A stretch of DNA of 64,000 nucleotides from Hydrurus foetidus (lineage: Eukaryota), in NCBI GenBank assembly GCA_900617105.1, contig UYFQ01000001.1, positions 4,278,001 through 4,342,000 of the forward strand. Reading direction: 5' to 3'. The translations under genes and the position numbers were made by a program. Shown here in pieces: positions 29,301-37,760 of this stretch. The notes beneath the pieces were generated by a model. That model ran no database searches and was not told where the DNA came from. It saw only the letters and a list, made by a program, of their open reading frames with translations. Each line of letters begins with the position of its first letter. The first letter of the stretch is position 1.

Positions 29301-31578
29301 CGGCGTGCAGCGCCTTGACATTCAGCAGGCCCTTACCCGTAAACGAGCCCACGCCAAACAAGTCTTGGTACAAGTCCGATGTGCCGTTGCTGTAGGGGTC
29401 AATGCCGCACTGGCCCGCAAACAGCGCGTGAAAAGGCGAGCGCTCCTCAAGCTGGGGAAGCGGCGTGACTACCCGCGGCTGCAAGATGCCGTAGCCACCT
29501 GTCACGCGCCGGGTGCCAGCGTCTATATGCGGTGTGTTCAGCGGATGCGCGGCAATTGACACCAACTCGCGCAGGGCAGTAGGCGGCAGGCCGGTGTCGC
29601 TGTCGAGGGTCACGATGTATTGAATGCCGCTGGCAAGGCGCATGCCGTCGGCAAAGTAAAACGGAATCTGCTTGTCTTGCTCGTTTTGCTCATGCTTGAC
29701 CGGCGCTTCGCCTGTAGGCAATGCATTTTTTTCGCTCTTGGCAATTAGCCGCACCAGCGCCTCAAGCTTGCCGCGTTTGCGTTCCCAGCCTATCCACTTG
29801 CCTTCAGTGCCGCACCATTGGCGACCCCTGTGAATAACCAAAAAGCGCGGCTCGTCGGCCTTGCCCGAGGGGTAGGCGGCGTTGAGCAACCCCACCTGTG
29901 CAATTGCTTCATCAAGCAGTGCGCTGTCAGTCGGCATGCTGACTTGGTCGGCATCGGCCCAGTCAGTCAACAGGGCGAACTGCGCGTTTTGCTCCAAGCT
30001 GGCCAGCCAATGCAAACGCAGTCGCGCGGCCAGTTCGCGTATGGACGCGTTTGAGTTCAGCATGCACGGCATGACGACCAGCACGCGGTGCTGCGCCGGT
30101 ATGCCATTTGCAAAGTCCATTCGGGGCATGGGCGTGACGCGGGTTGACTCTGCAATCAAACGGTGAATCACCGCCGCCACAGCTTCAGACGCGGGCAAAG
30201 CCATCAAGGCGAGGGCTACCCACTGCGCCCAGTGCCAATCAGCCAGGTTGTGTAGCGGCCTGCTGGTTAGCGCAAGCAGTGCGATAGTGCCCAGCAGAAG
30301 CGTCAGCAAATAAAGACGCAACCGCCACGCAAGGCTCAGGCCTAGGTTGGTACTTTTGCTTTTTGCGAGGTTGTTGGGCGTTAAGCCCTGCAGCAGTGCA
30401 CCAAGCCCCGGCCCAATGAGGTGGTACGCCGCTGTGTTTTCGCCGTTTTCAACTGCCCGAGTTGTGCTGCGCTGTGCGCTGCTGACTACTGCCTTGGCCA
30501 CAGCGAGTTCGGTTTGCCTGGTGTCGCGGGCAACTTTTTCCATTGCCTGCGTAATTTGCTGGCGCGTGCCTTCGCTGTCGAGGGCAAAGCTTGGCAATTG
30601 CCGCAGCACCTGCAGGGCGCTGCTAACCGGCTCAATCAACTCGCTCCAGTCGACCTGGCCTATCAAGCGCAAGCTGTTAATGATGTTGCTGATGGTGAGG
30701 TTGGTCGACACTTGCGCCGACTGGCTGCCAGCAATCAGCGCCAGGCCATTGACGCAATGCAGATTGATCCAGTACACCAGCATCGCGTTGGCATCGCTGG
30801 GCTGGTCGGGTATGCGCTGCCACAGCTGGGTTAGAAACCCGCGCTCCAGGCCTCTGGCGCGCATGCCTGCCAGCAGCTCGTTTAAATCGTTTTCAGACAG
30901 CGATCCTTGCGCGTCCCACGCAGCATGAGCTGTTTCGCGCGCTGCCTTGCCTTCTGCAATGTGGTCGGCTACTCGGCGCAAATTTTCAAGCAGTACCACC
31001 CGCAGCGTGGTCGGCAGCGCCCACAGCTCGCCCAAGCTAAGCTGGTTAACCTCTTGGTAGGCGTGTAAGAAGGCGGTAAAAAGGGCGGGGTCCAGCACAC
31101 TGTCGGTGTGTGCCACATAGCCCCAGGCGATGCCGTAAACGCGCGGTAAACCTTCTAGTGGTTTATCGGTAAGCTTGGGCAGGTCAGCGTAATAACGGCG
31201 CGGCACACCTTCGTGAATTTGCTGAAGCTGCGCTTCGACCAGATGAAAATTATCGAGCAACCATTCAGCCGCTGGCGTAACGTACTGGCCGCTTTGCGAA
31301 ATGGTGGCAATGTAGTCGTAGGCCTGCCGCAGCGCTGCAATGTTGTCTTTTACCCGAGGGAAAAACGAAAGGCTTTCGCCCCAGCTCTTGCTGGTACGCA
31401 CGGCTTGAGCCTGCGCCAGGCTGCGGCCGTGCTCTTCAAAGCGTTGCGTGCCGAACAGCTCGGCACGAATCAGCGGCTCTGGCCCGCTTGAATTGCTTGT
31501 AAGTATTTCTCTGGCGTAGGCGCTTAAGGTTTCCAGCCGGTCAAGAACAGCGGTTTTCACATTTTCAAACGATGCCAA
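23302..31578 (-). CDS. Cyclic beta-1,2-glucan synthase (Cgs/NdvB/ChvB-like; GT84 plus C-terminal GH94)
   Basis: 2758 aa; GWERKRGKL, TLDSDT, SHDLLEG, RWARGDWQL, SWSGSMFEYLMP, GFYQAGGAFGFRDQLQD, GDWNDG, GVRENGGQY. Confidence 0.92.
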   Translation of the reverse strand: MASFENVKTAVLDRLETLSAYAREILTSNSSGPEPLIRAELFGTQRFEEHGRSLAQAQAVRTSKSWGESLSFFPRVKDNIAALRQAYDYIATISQSGQYVTPAAEWLLDNFHLVEAQLQQIHEGVPRRYYADLPKLTDKPLEGLPRVYGIAWGYVAHTDSVLDPALFTAFLHAYQEVNQLSLGELWALPTTLRVVLLENLRRVADHIAEGKAARETAHAAWDAQGSLSENDLNELLAGMRARGLERGFLTQLWQRIPDQPSDANAMLVYWINLHCVNGLALIAGSQSAQVSTNLTISNIINSLRLIGQVDWSELIEPVSSALQVLRQLPSFALDSEGTRQQITQAMEKVARDTRQTELAVAKAVVSSAQRSTTRAVENGENTAAYHLIGPGLGALLQGLTPNNLAKSKSTNLGLSLAWRLRLYLLTLLLGTIALLALTSRPLHNLADWHWAQWVALALMALPASEAVAAVIHRLIAESTRVTPMPRMDFANGIPAQHRVLVVMPCMLNSNASIRELAARLRLHWLASLEQNAQFALLTDWADADQVSMPTDSALLDEAIAQVGLLNAAYPSGKADEPRFLVIHRGRQWCGTEGKWIGWERKRGKLEALVRLIAKSEKNALPTGEAPVKHEQNEQDKQIPFYFADGMRLASGIQYIVTLDSDTGLPPTALRELVSIAAHPLNTPHIDAGTRRVTGGYGILQPRVVTPLPQLEERSPFHALFAGQCGIDPYSNGTSDLYQDLFGVGSFTGKGLLNVKALHAVLDGRLADESVLSHDLLEGSISRCAYVSDVVLVEDHPHHAGVDDSRHHRWARGDWQLLPLMVRSTHYGIDSLGLWKMLDNLRRSLVVPASSALLVWVIFTGAMPLGRAVAMVLAAFLAGPLLGALASLVPTRRGIVLRHFFHVGMAALWRSFGAAAWQFTQLFHKAGLQLDAIARALWRMGISRKHLLQWTTAAQAQAAAKYTLGAFVRKHALTATASIALGALALLYSPHPAAGAALLALWALSPAFAWWASLPARQPQAQRLDDGERAYLMGIARDTWRFFEHCITPLDNHLPPDNLQIDTEPTLAHRTSPTNIGLYLLTVTCAREFGWINTEQTISRLQATLATIDKLPKHDGHLFNWYQTETLDVLQPAYVSTVDSGNLAGHLLATSGACISLAAKADTTAIEKQQLGSTAAQCMQLCMAMNFSSLYNSKRHLFHIGLRVQDHVLDASYYDLLASESRLASFVAIAKGDVPRRHWMALGRAFLSSGVTPGLKSWSGSMFEYLMPSLVMQEPEQGLLHSSSLAGVMEQQLFGTAQALPWGVSESAYFAQDHSLAYQYSPFGVPRLALRRTPASDKVVAPYASLMATMLLPKPAIANLRRLELLNTRGEFGFMDAVDFTAAHQPHTENFSVVKNYMAHHQGMALVALCNVLCGQAPQRWFSQTPLVAAYDTLLQERCPRQIISSANPRSAPALDEGTPNSAFQSRTINPQTYKWQPTHLLSNGHYSVALRPNGAGVSRWRYQHAWHNISRWRDDLLRDEYGSFIYLSAGNDSPGYSVTAHPAPHPQWRYSCCFMADRVQFDATSKQMHAVTTVLVSPEDDTELRTVVITNRQDVAVTYDVISSFEVVLADAKADEAHPAFSNLFINTTWHAPWRALLLSRRPRLQGDAALSAAHFLAEADADIVSLDCITDRREFLGRNRSRAQPALAKGHAQHADQTPVNGLDPVACLRVKVRIPAGGVARLSFATTAAADATELAGRIDKYLQPMHLERAARMAATLAQVRLRDLGIDADENAALQDLATALMCSSPRPSSGTALIDQRQLWRLSISGDKPILLVRIHSAEGMGLIQSLLRAQPWWSFGALATDVVVLNSEDNSYLSPLQHEIVAQRDRLMQKVQHSFPASNAAGFYLLREHEVSPQEKAALTSMARVVFIADGRPIESQIAALKTVWSPSAKPAAVEQPARPALPTPHFIKTPVGSVDSTNGEFQFNISPTQRPPRPWVNMIANATFGFQVSETGSGYTWATNSRLHQVTSWSNDPVEDPGHEHYLLQDIETSQFLRLTPGNHRSPTEQAAGANQTAATYRVRHGQGYSVFESAHDQLETATTFFVASDAPVKLVHVQLRNNSNKPRALRALAMAEWQMGANSTERRTVLTWSPPHLSAVMAQQRQTRAGFGGSTAFLALAGLPGVVQWTCDRSEFFDVSGQLMWPTTLSQRSGGGFDPCGALASSFTLAPGEVFGFTFMIGHADDATQAELLATAWLKQDVAQAYKKVRSFWGDLLGHIQVTTPDPLFDALVNRWLLYQTLTSRLWSKAGFYQAGGAFGFRDQLQDSMAFAVVAPARLRDQIVLNASRQFAEGDVQHWWHAPGGEGVRTHFSDDLLWLPFACAHYVDVTGDTALLDEQVAFIEGAAIPPGAEDAYYAPDISGTQASVYEHCARAIDRSLATGTHGLPLMGTGDWNDGMSRVGHEGKGESVWLAWFLCSVSQNFAPLAKARGDLERADKWLNARQGWVEALHTHGWDGKWFRRAFFDNGAPLGSSSNDECKIDLIAQAWSVLSGASTDTFVQSAMQSLTQQLIDDDAGLIHLLTPPFQKSANNPGYIQAYPPGVRENGGQYNHATVWALMAQAQTGDAQGAWESFKAISPLHRSQHPTRGPLYELEPYVTAGDIYGAAPYTGRGGWSWYTGSAAWLYRAALESILGLSMRRGELSLTPCVPADWPSFEVALRLDGRVVTVRWQRGQETELKPDRTVKVGEVLRLAELPAQAFVLVVAESTKETS

Positions 31579-31798
31579 TTAATGCCAGCGCCACCACTGC
31601 CACCACAGCCGCCGTCACCATGCGGGTAAAGACGACCGAATGCGCCAGTTCAAGCGCAGCATGCAGACCAAAAAACCGGCTCTTCTTGCTGGCACAGTGG
31701 CTCATGTGCGATGCCAGCGCAGCGGTGTCGGTAGACACAAAATCGGCAGTTGGTTTTGCAAATCTCGTCGGGGTGGTCAGTGTCGTCAGCGTGGTCAT
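31565..31798 (-). CDS. Small protein with C-terminal TM helix, overlapping the cgs start
   Basis: RBS GGAG then ATG 31798; 77 aa ending MVTAAVVAVVALALIGIV. Confidence 0.6.
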   Translation of the reverse strand: MTTLTTLTTPTRFAKPTADFVSTDTAALASHMSHCASKKSRFFGLHAALELAHSVVFTRMVTAAVVAVVALALIGIV

Positions 31799-31984
31799 GG
31801 TTTGCTCCAAATGCATCAAGGGCGGCAATTTCACGGCGGGCTGTTTTGTGTACAGATGCCGCACGTTTCGGCCTTGAAATGATCGTAAGCAAATACCCTT
31901 GGCTTGCCCATCAGACGCTGCTGCATTTGGTGTAGGACTGGGGCTTGGGGTGCCCAAAACAGGTGTCTGCGCGTAGCCTAAATC

Positions 31985-32027
31985 GCTATATTTTCAGTAG
32001 CTAGTCGCGCGCGAATTGATTGCTTTC
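31985..32027 (-). repeat. 43-bp bipartite motif (degenerate first arm)
   Basis: GAAAGC AATCAATTC GCGCGC GACT AGCT ACTGAAAATA TAGC. Confidence 0.65.
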
Positions 32028-32151
32028 ACATCACTTTTGGTGCCCAAAACACAGGCTGGATGCAGCTTTGAAACATATCTTCACACCGGTGTCGCGCCAA
32101 TTTGGGCTGGAAGGCCGTTTTCAGGTGTTTTTTAGCGGCGTTTATTGGCTA

Positions 32152-32194
32152 TAGACCAATAAATACGGGCGCGAGCAGCTATTTATTAAATAGC
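32152..32194 (+). repeat. 43-bp bipartite motif (intergenic)
   Basis: TAGACC AATAAATAC GGGCGC GAGC AGCT ATTTATTAAA TAGC. Confidence 0.9.
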
Positions 32195-32241
32195 AAATTA
32201 AGTACTGGCTATTCTGAGTACAGCCCAACAGCTTTCAAACA

Positions 32242-32550
32242 TTACTTTCGCGACTTCGACTTCAACTTCGCCTTGGAAGCGTCGTACTTTTGCCAGTATC
32301 CGAACTCTTCTTGGTGGACTTCAATGTCTACCTCTTGAAGAGGCAGCTTCAGCTCGTTGACTCGTGGTAGCAAGCTTTTCTGGACATCAGCGACAGCCTG
32401 GTTATAAATACTGGGGTCAATTTCCTCGATGAAAAATGACAGCAGCCCGCCAGCGGTGATGTTGCCAATTCGCTGCTCAAGGTTGTCTGCGAAGTCGCGC
32501 TCGATTGACGCGATGGCGTCGGCTTTTGCCTGCTTGGGTAACTCGATCAT
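32242..32550 (-). CDS. DUF2164-like protein
   Basis: IELPKQAKADAIASIER...IGNITAGGLLSFFIEEI..SIYNQAVADVQ; RBS AAGGAG. Confidence 0.7.
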   Translation of the reverse strand: MIELPKQAKADAIASIERDFADNLEQRIGNITAGGLLSFFIEEIDPSIYNQAVADVQKSLLPRVNELKLPLQEVDIEVHQEEFGYWQKYDASKAKLKSKSRK

Positions 32551-32760
32551 GACTGACTCCTTGAGTAAGTGTGTTCCATCGAAGACTAAATAAGCGCTTG
32601 ATGATGCGCCAGCGCTTTTCTCCAGTGCAGCACCTCAATACTTTGGCGAAGGCCGTGCAGATAAAAAGGATCGGTGGACATGATGGGCCCCTGGTAGGTT
32701 GGAGTCTGAAATCGTGCTTGGGGCTTGTAAAACCGCTAATTTGAATGTTTTTAAAGGCTT

Positions 32761-32803
32761 TAGCCCAATAAATACGGGCGCTAGAAGCTATTATTTGAAT
32801 AGC
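32761..32803 (+). repeat. 43-bp bipartite motif (just past the ppc stop)
   Basis: TAGCCC AATAAATAC GGGCGC TAGA AGCT ATTATTTGAA TAGC. Confidence 0.9.
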
Positions 32804-32810
32804 AATTACT

Positions 32811-35732
32811 TCACCCCGTATTGCGCAAACCAGCCGCAATCCCGTTGATCGAAATATGAATGCCGCGCTGTACGCGCTCGTCTGCCTGTCCAGCCCGGTA
32901 GCGGCGCACCAGCTCTACTTGCAAGTGGTGCAGCGGGTCGATGTACGGAAAGCGGTGGCGGATGGAGCGTTGCAGCGACGCGTTGTCTGCCAGCAAGTGC
33001 TTTGCACCCGTGATCAATGCCAAGGCGCCCACTGTGCGGTGCCATTCGGCCTCAATGGCGCTGAAAATCTTTTTGCGCAATTTGACATCCACCACCAGTT
33101 CTGAATAGCGTGACGCCAGCGCCAGGTCGCTCTTTGCCAGCACCATGTCCATGTTGCTGAGCAGCGTTCTGAAAAACGGCCATTCTTTGACCATTTTTTG
33201 CAGCAGTTGTGTTGCTTCTTTTCTTTTGGCAGGTGTGCCGGCCTCTAGCAGCATGCTCTCAACTGCCGAGCCAAAGCCGTACCAGCCGGGCAACGTTAAG
33301 CGGCATTGGCCCCAGCTAAAGCCCCAGGGAATAGCGCGCAGGTCTTCAATTTTTTGGCTTGGCTTGCGCGATGCGGGGCGTGAACCAATGTTAAGTTCAG
33401 CAATTTCGCGGATTGGCGTGGCGCTGAAAAAGTACTCGGTAAAGCCAGGCGTTTCGTATACCAGCGAGCGGTAAGCGGCCATGCTGCTCGTTGAAAGCGT
33501 GTCAGCTGCTTTTAGAAACGCGGCCGTGGCTGATTTGGTTGGCTGCAGCAGCGTGGCTTCGAGCGTGGCGGCCACCAAAGTTTCAAGGTTGCGGCGGCCG
33601 ATTTCGGGGTTGGCGTATTTCGAGCCGATGACTTCGCCTTGTTCGGTCAGGCGGATTTGACCGCGCACGGTGCCGGGCGGCTGCGCCAAAATGGCCTGGT
33701 AACTGGGGCCACCGCCACGGCCGACTGTGCCGCCGCGGCCATGGAACATGCGCAAGGTAATGCCATGCAATGCTGCCAATTCGTCAAACAATTCCACCAG
33801 CGCAATCTCAGCGCGATAAAGCTCCCAGTTGCTGGTAAAAATACCGCCGTCTTTGTTGCTGTCTGAGTAACCCAGCATGATGTCTTGCTCAGCCCCGCTG
33901 CGTTTGACCAGCTGCGCAATGCCGCTCAAGGCATAGAACTCGCGCATGATGGGGGCGGCGTTACGCAGGTCTTCAATGGTTTCAAACAGCGGCACAACGA
34001 TAAGGTCGCACGTCGCGAGGGCCGCCGCGCCGGGCCGCCCCAAGCCAGGCCGCCCCCCCTCGGGGGGCAGCGAGGACACGTCAGTGCCGAGCGTGGGGGT
34101 CAACCAGCCTTTCATCAGGCCAACTTCTTTTTGCAACAGCAGCACTTCAAGTAAGTCGCTCACCGTTTCAGTGTGGCTGATGATGTAGTGGCGAATCGCC
34201 TCTTTGCCAAAGCGCGTGCGCGCTGTGCGTGCCGCTTCAAAAATAGCCAGCTCGCCTTGCGTGTGGGCGGAGTACTTGGCGCCCATGACACGCAGCGGCC
34301 TGGCGTCGTTTAATAAACGCAGCAGAATCTCGCGCTTGGCGGCTTCACTCAAGCCTGCGTAGCTGGGCTCAATGCGTGCGGTGGCCAGCAGCTCGGCCAC
34401 CACGTCTTCGTGTTTGTCAGAACTCTGGCGCAAGTCGACGGTGGCTAAGTGAAAGCCAAATACATCAACCGCGCGAATCAGCGGGTGCAGGCGCTGGGCG
34501 ATTAAGGCTTCGCCGTGATTTGCCTTTAACGATGCAGCGATGGTGCGCAAGTCGGCCAAAAAATCTTCAGACTTGGCGTAGGCGTTTTGCGGGGCTACAG
34601 CGTGGCGTGCCGCGTCGCCGCCGGTCAAGTTTTTTAGCGTAGCGGCCAGGCGCGCATACACGCCAGTCAAGGCGCGTCGATAGGGCTCGTCCTGGCGGTG
34701 TTCATTGGTGTCGGGCGAGCTGGTGGCCAGTAGTTGCATCGCTGGGGTAACGCTGGTCAGCATGGCCGACATCGACAGCTCGCCGCCCAGCAAGTGCGCC
34801 TCTAGCAAGTAGTAGCGCAGGGCAACTTCTGCCTGGCGGCTTAGCGCGTAGTTGAGCGTGTCGGCTGACACATTGGGGTTGCCGTCGCGGTCGCCGCCTA
34901 TCCATTGGCCCATGCGCAGAAAGCTGTGAATTTTTTGGTCGCCGAGTTCGCGTTCAAGGTTGGCATATAGCTTGGGAATTTCGCGCAAAAAAGTCGCTTC
35001 GTAGTAGCTGAGCGCGTTTTCAATCTCGTCAGCTACCGTCAGCTTTGTAAAACGCAGCAAACGGGTTTGCCACAGCTGCATGACGCGTGCGCGAAGCTGC
35101 GCCTCGTTGGCGGCCAGCTCGCGTGGGGTAAGGGCGTCTTTGGCGGCTGCGGCTGGGCTTTCGGCATGCACTGCAAGGGCCAGCGCTTTGATGGCATCAC
35201 GCGCAGTCAGCAGTTGCGCAATATCGCGCTCGGCGTCCAGTATGCTTTTGCGTTGTACTTCTGTCGGGTGTGCGGTGAGTACCGGCGACACAAAGCTATT
35301 AGCCAGCATGGCAGCTACAGTTTTAGGAGCTATTCCCGCCCAGCGCAGGCGGGCCAGGGCTACATCAATGCTGCCTTCCTGGGTGTCGCCAGCCCGCTCA
35401 TGAATAGCGCGGCGGCGAATGTGGTGGCGGTCTTCAGCCAGATTGGCCAGGTGGCTGAAGTAGGTGAAGGCTCTAGTCACGCTCACGGTTTGGTCGCCCG
35501 ATAGGCCTTTGAGCAGTTTTTTCAGCGCCCTGTCTGATGCCACGTCGGCATCGCGCCGGAAAGCTACCGACAGCAAGCGGGTTTGCTCAATCAATTCGTA
35601 GGCGGCGACGCCTTCTTGTTCGCGAATCACATCGCCCAGCAGGCGGCCCAGCAGGCGAATGTCTTCGACCAGCGGGCGCTCATTGGCTTTGGCATTTTTG
35701 GAAACTGAGGCGGTTGCAGGGGGAGTGGTCAT
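32811..35732 (-). CDS. ppc: Phosphoenolpyruvate carboxylase
   Basis: [56 protein letters not shown]. Confidence 0.97.
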   Translation of the reverse strand: MTTPPATASVSKNAKANERPLVEDIRLLGRLLGDVIREQEGVAAYELIEQTRLLSVAFRRDADVASDRALKKLLKGLSGDQTVSVTRAFTYFSHLANLAEDRHHIRRRAIHERAGDTQEGSIDVALARLRWAGIAPKTVAAMLANSFVSPVLTAHPTEVQRKSILDAERDIAQLLTARDAIKALALAVHAESPAAAAKDALTPRELAANEAQLRARVMQLWQTRLLRFTKLTVADEIENALSYYEATFLREIPKLYANLERELGDQKIHSFLRMGQWIGGDRDGNPNVSADTLNYALSRQAEVALRYYLLEAHLLGGELSMSAMLTSVTPAMQLLATSSPDTNEHRQDEPYRRALTGVYARLAATLKNLTGGDAARHAVAPQNAYAKSEDFLADLRTIAASLKANHGEALIAQRLHPLIRAVDVFGFHLATVDLRQSSDKHEDVVAELLATARIEPSYAGLSEAAKREILLRLLNDARPLRVMGAKYSAHTQGELAIFEAARTARTRFGKEAIRHYIISHTETVSDLLEVLLLQKEVGLMKGWLTPTLGTDVSSLPPEGGRPGLGRPGAAALATCDLIVVPLFETIEDLRNAAPIMREFYALSGIAQLVKRSGAEQDIMLGYSDSNKDGGIFTSNWELYRAEIALVELFDELAALHGITLRMFHGRGGTVGRGGGPSYQAILAQPPGTVRGQIRLTEQGEVIGSKYANPEIGRRNLETLVAATLEATLLQPTKSATAAFLKAADTLSTSSMAAYRSLVYETPGFTEYFFSATPIREIAELNIGSRPASRKPSQKIEDLRAIPWGFSWGQCRLTLPGWYGFGSAVESMLLEAGTPAKRKEATQLLQKMVKEWPFFRTLLSNMDMVLAKSDLALASRYSELVVDVKLRKKIFSAIEAEWHRTVGALALITGAKHLLADNASLQRSIRHRFPYIDPLHHLQVELVRRYRAGQADERVQRGIHISINGIAAGLRNTG
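34027..34099. repeat. GC-rich REP-like palindromic element in-frame within ppc
   Basis: GCGCCGGGCCGCCCCAAGCCAGGCCGCCCCCCCTCGGGGGGCAGCGAGGACACGTCAGTGCCGAGCGTGGGGG, with a CCCCCC-TC-GGGGGG hairpin. Confidence 0.7.
35314..35356 (-). repeat. 43-bp bipartite motif overprinted on the ppc CDS
   Basis: TGGCCC GCCTGCGCT GGGCGG GAAT AGCT CCTAAAACTG TAGC. Confidence 0.65.
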
Positions 35733-35814
35733 GGCGTTTGCCCTCAGTTTTTGTTGTCGCCCATGCTAGCATTGCCGCTCTACAAAGATTACCAATAGGT
35801 TACAAAAGTCTGAC

Positions 35815-36861
35815 ATGAATTCATCTGTGGATAGCGCCGCAAACCCGTCGCCAAAGAAGGTCGTAAAAAAGGTTGTGATAGCCACGCGTGAAAGCCGCTT
35901 GGCACTGTGGCAGGCCGAGCATGTCAAGGCGCTGCTTGAAACCCAACTCGGCTGGCAAGTTGAGTTGCTAGGCATGACGACTTTGGGCGATCAGATTTTG
36001 GACCGGTCGCTCAGCAAAGTGGGCGGTAAGGGCCTGTTTGTGAAAGAGCTTGAAGTTGCCTTGCAAGAAGGCCGGGCCGACATTGCCGTGCATTCGCTTA
36101 AAGACGTTCCCATGGACTTGCCCGAAGGCTTTGCGTTGGCCTGCGTGATGACGCGCGAAGACCCGCACGATGCGTTTGTGTCAAACAAGTACGCATCGTT
36201 AGCCGAGCTACCGCAGGGTGCTGTGGTCGGCACGTCTAGCCTGCGCCGATTGGTGCTGCTGAAAAGCCTGCGGCCAGACTTGAAAATTGAACCCCTGCGC
36301 GGCAACCTCGACACTCGCTTGCGCAAGCTCGATGAAGGCCAGTACGACGCGATTGTGCTGGCGGCCGCAGGCTTGAAGCGGCTTGAAATGCCCGAGCGCA
36401 TTCGGGCCAGCTTTGCCACCACTGACATGCTGCCCGCAGCGGGGCAGGGCGCGCTGGGCATTGAAGTGTGCGCAGACAGGACTGACTTGCTGGAAGGCTT
36501 GGCTACGCTGGCTGACATGCCCACCTGGCTGGCCGTAACAGCCGAGCGCACGGTGTCGCGCGCCATGGGCGGCAGTTGCTCGATGCCGCTGGCTGCTTTT
36601 ACTCGCGGGCCCAACTCTGGCGGTGAGGGCAGTGATGGGGGCATGTTGTTGCAAGCCGCGTGGGGCGACCCATCTAGCATTGAAGCAAACCGTATTACGC
36701 CGCTGGTGCATGCGCAAAAAACCGCCAAAGTAACCACCTTTGCCGAGGCCGAGGCGCTGGGCGAGGCAGTGGCTGCGCAACTGCGCGCGGGCGGAGCAGT
36801 GTGGGCCGCCAACGCGGCAGTTGACTCTGCAGTTAATTCGGCCGTTGATCAGACCGTTTGA
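35815..36861 (+). CDS. hemC: Hydroxymethylbilane synthase
   Basis: [46 protein letters not shown]. Confidence 0.97.
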   Translation: MNSSVDSAANPSPKKVVKKVVIATRESRLALWQAEHVKALLETQLGWQVELLGMTTLGDQILDRSLSKVGGKGLFVKELEVALQEGRADIAVHSLKDVPMDLPEGFALACVMTREDPHDAFVSNKYASLAELPQGAVVGTSSLRRLVLLKSLRPDLKIEPLRGNLDTRLRKLDEGQYDAIVLAAAGLKRLEMPERIRASFATTDMLPAAGQGALGIEVCADRTDLLEGLATLADMPTWLAVTAERTVSRAMGGSCSMPLAAFTRGPNSGGEGSDGGMLLQAAWGDPSSIEANRITPLVHAQKTAKVTTFAEAEALGEAVAAQLRAGGAVWAANAAVDSAVNSAVDQTV

Positions 36862-37760
36862 TGGCCACTACCGGCCGCGACCCCACCGGCCGGGTGATTG
36901 TCACGCGCCCTGCGCATGACGCGGCAATCTGGGTCGGCCAGCTGCAGAGCCACGGCGTCAATGCGCTGGCGCTGCCGCTGATTGAAATTGCAGCTGCATC
37001 AGGTGCTGCCGATGTGCTGGCCTTACAAACCGCCCAGCAAAACTTGGCAAGTTACGCAGCTTGCATGTTCGTTAGCGGCAATGCTGTAGAGTATTTTTTC
37101 AATCATTTAGTGCCTTCGGCCCAATTAAATCAGGCGCAAAAAGCTCCTAAAAATATAGCAACAAATTTGGCCGCGCTACCTGCCAACACGCGCTTTTTAG
37201 CTCCTGGCCCCGGTACAGCGCTGGCGCTGCGCGATGCAGGCGTGCCTGCCGACAGCATTGACTGCCCGCCGCCAGATGCTGGGCAATTCGATTCCGCTGC
37301 GTTGTGGGCCGTGATTGGCCCGCGCAACTGGCGCAGCGCACGGGTGCTGCTGGTGCGCGGCCACACCGACGAATTGCCCAGCACAACACATGCGCTGACT
37401 GAAGCTGTCCCTCCGCGCGATTGGTTGACCCAAAAGTGGCAAGCAGCTGGCGCGCAAGTCGATGTCGTGAATGTTTACGAGCGCCGGGCACCTGAGTTGA
37501 CCGCCGCGCAGCTAAATTTGGCTAAAGTTGCCAGCGGCGATGGTTCAGTGTGGTTGTTCAGCAGCTCTGAAGCGGTGGCCAACCTGGTGCGCAACGGCGC
37601 GCTGGCCAGCACAGATTGGTCGGGCGCCCGCGCCATTGCCACTCACCCGCGAATTGTGCAAACGGTGCAAGCGGCGGGTTGGGGCGCGGTTGCAGCGGCG
37701 CGACCGGCTTTGGCAGACATAGTGCAGGTGTGGCGCTCGATAGAATCAAGCTTGTCATGA
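36858..37760 (+). CDS. hemD: Uroporphyrinogen-III synthase
   Basis: VIVTRP, FVSGNAV, PGPGTA, VYER, LFSSSEA; position after hemC. Confidence 0.9.
   Translation: MMATTGRDPTGRVIVTRPAHDAAIWVGQLQSHGVNALALPLIEIAAASGAADVLALQTAQQNLASYAACMFVSGNAVEYFFNHLVPSAQLNQAQKAPKNIATNLAALPANTRFLAPGPGTALALRDAGVPADSIDCPPPDAGQFDSAALWAVIGPRNWRSARVLLVRGHTDELPSTTHALTEAVPPRDWLTQKWQAAGAQVDVVNVYERRAPELTAAQLNLAKVASGDGSVWLFSSSEAVANLVRNGALASTDWSGARAIATHPRIVQTVQAAGWGAVAAARPALADIVQVWRSIESSLS
37117..37159 (+). repeat. 43-bp bipartite motif within hemD
   Basis: CGGCCC AATTAAATC AGGCGC AAAA AGCT CCTAAAAATA TAGC. Confidence 0.8.

Noticed and set aside
36810..36860. Short AVDS/AVNS repeats at the hemC C-terminus
   Set aside because: Minor slippage in a dispensable tail; nothing supports a function.
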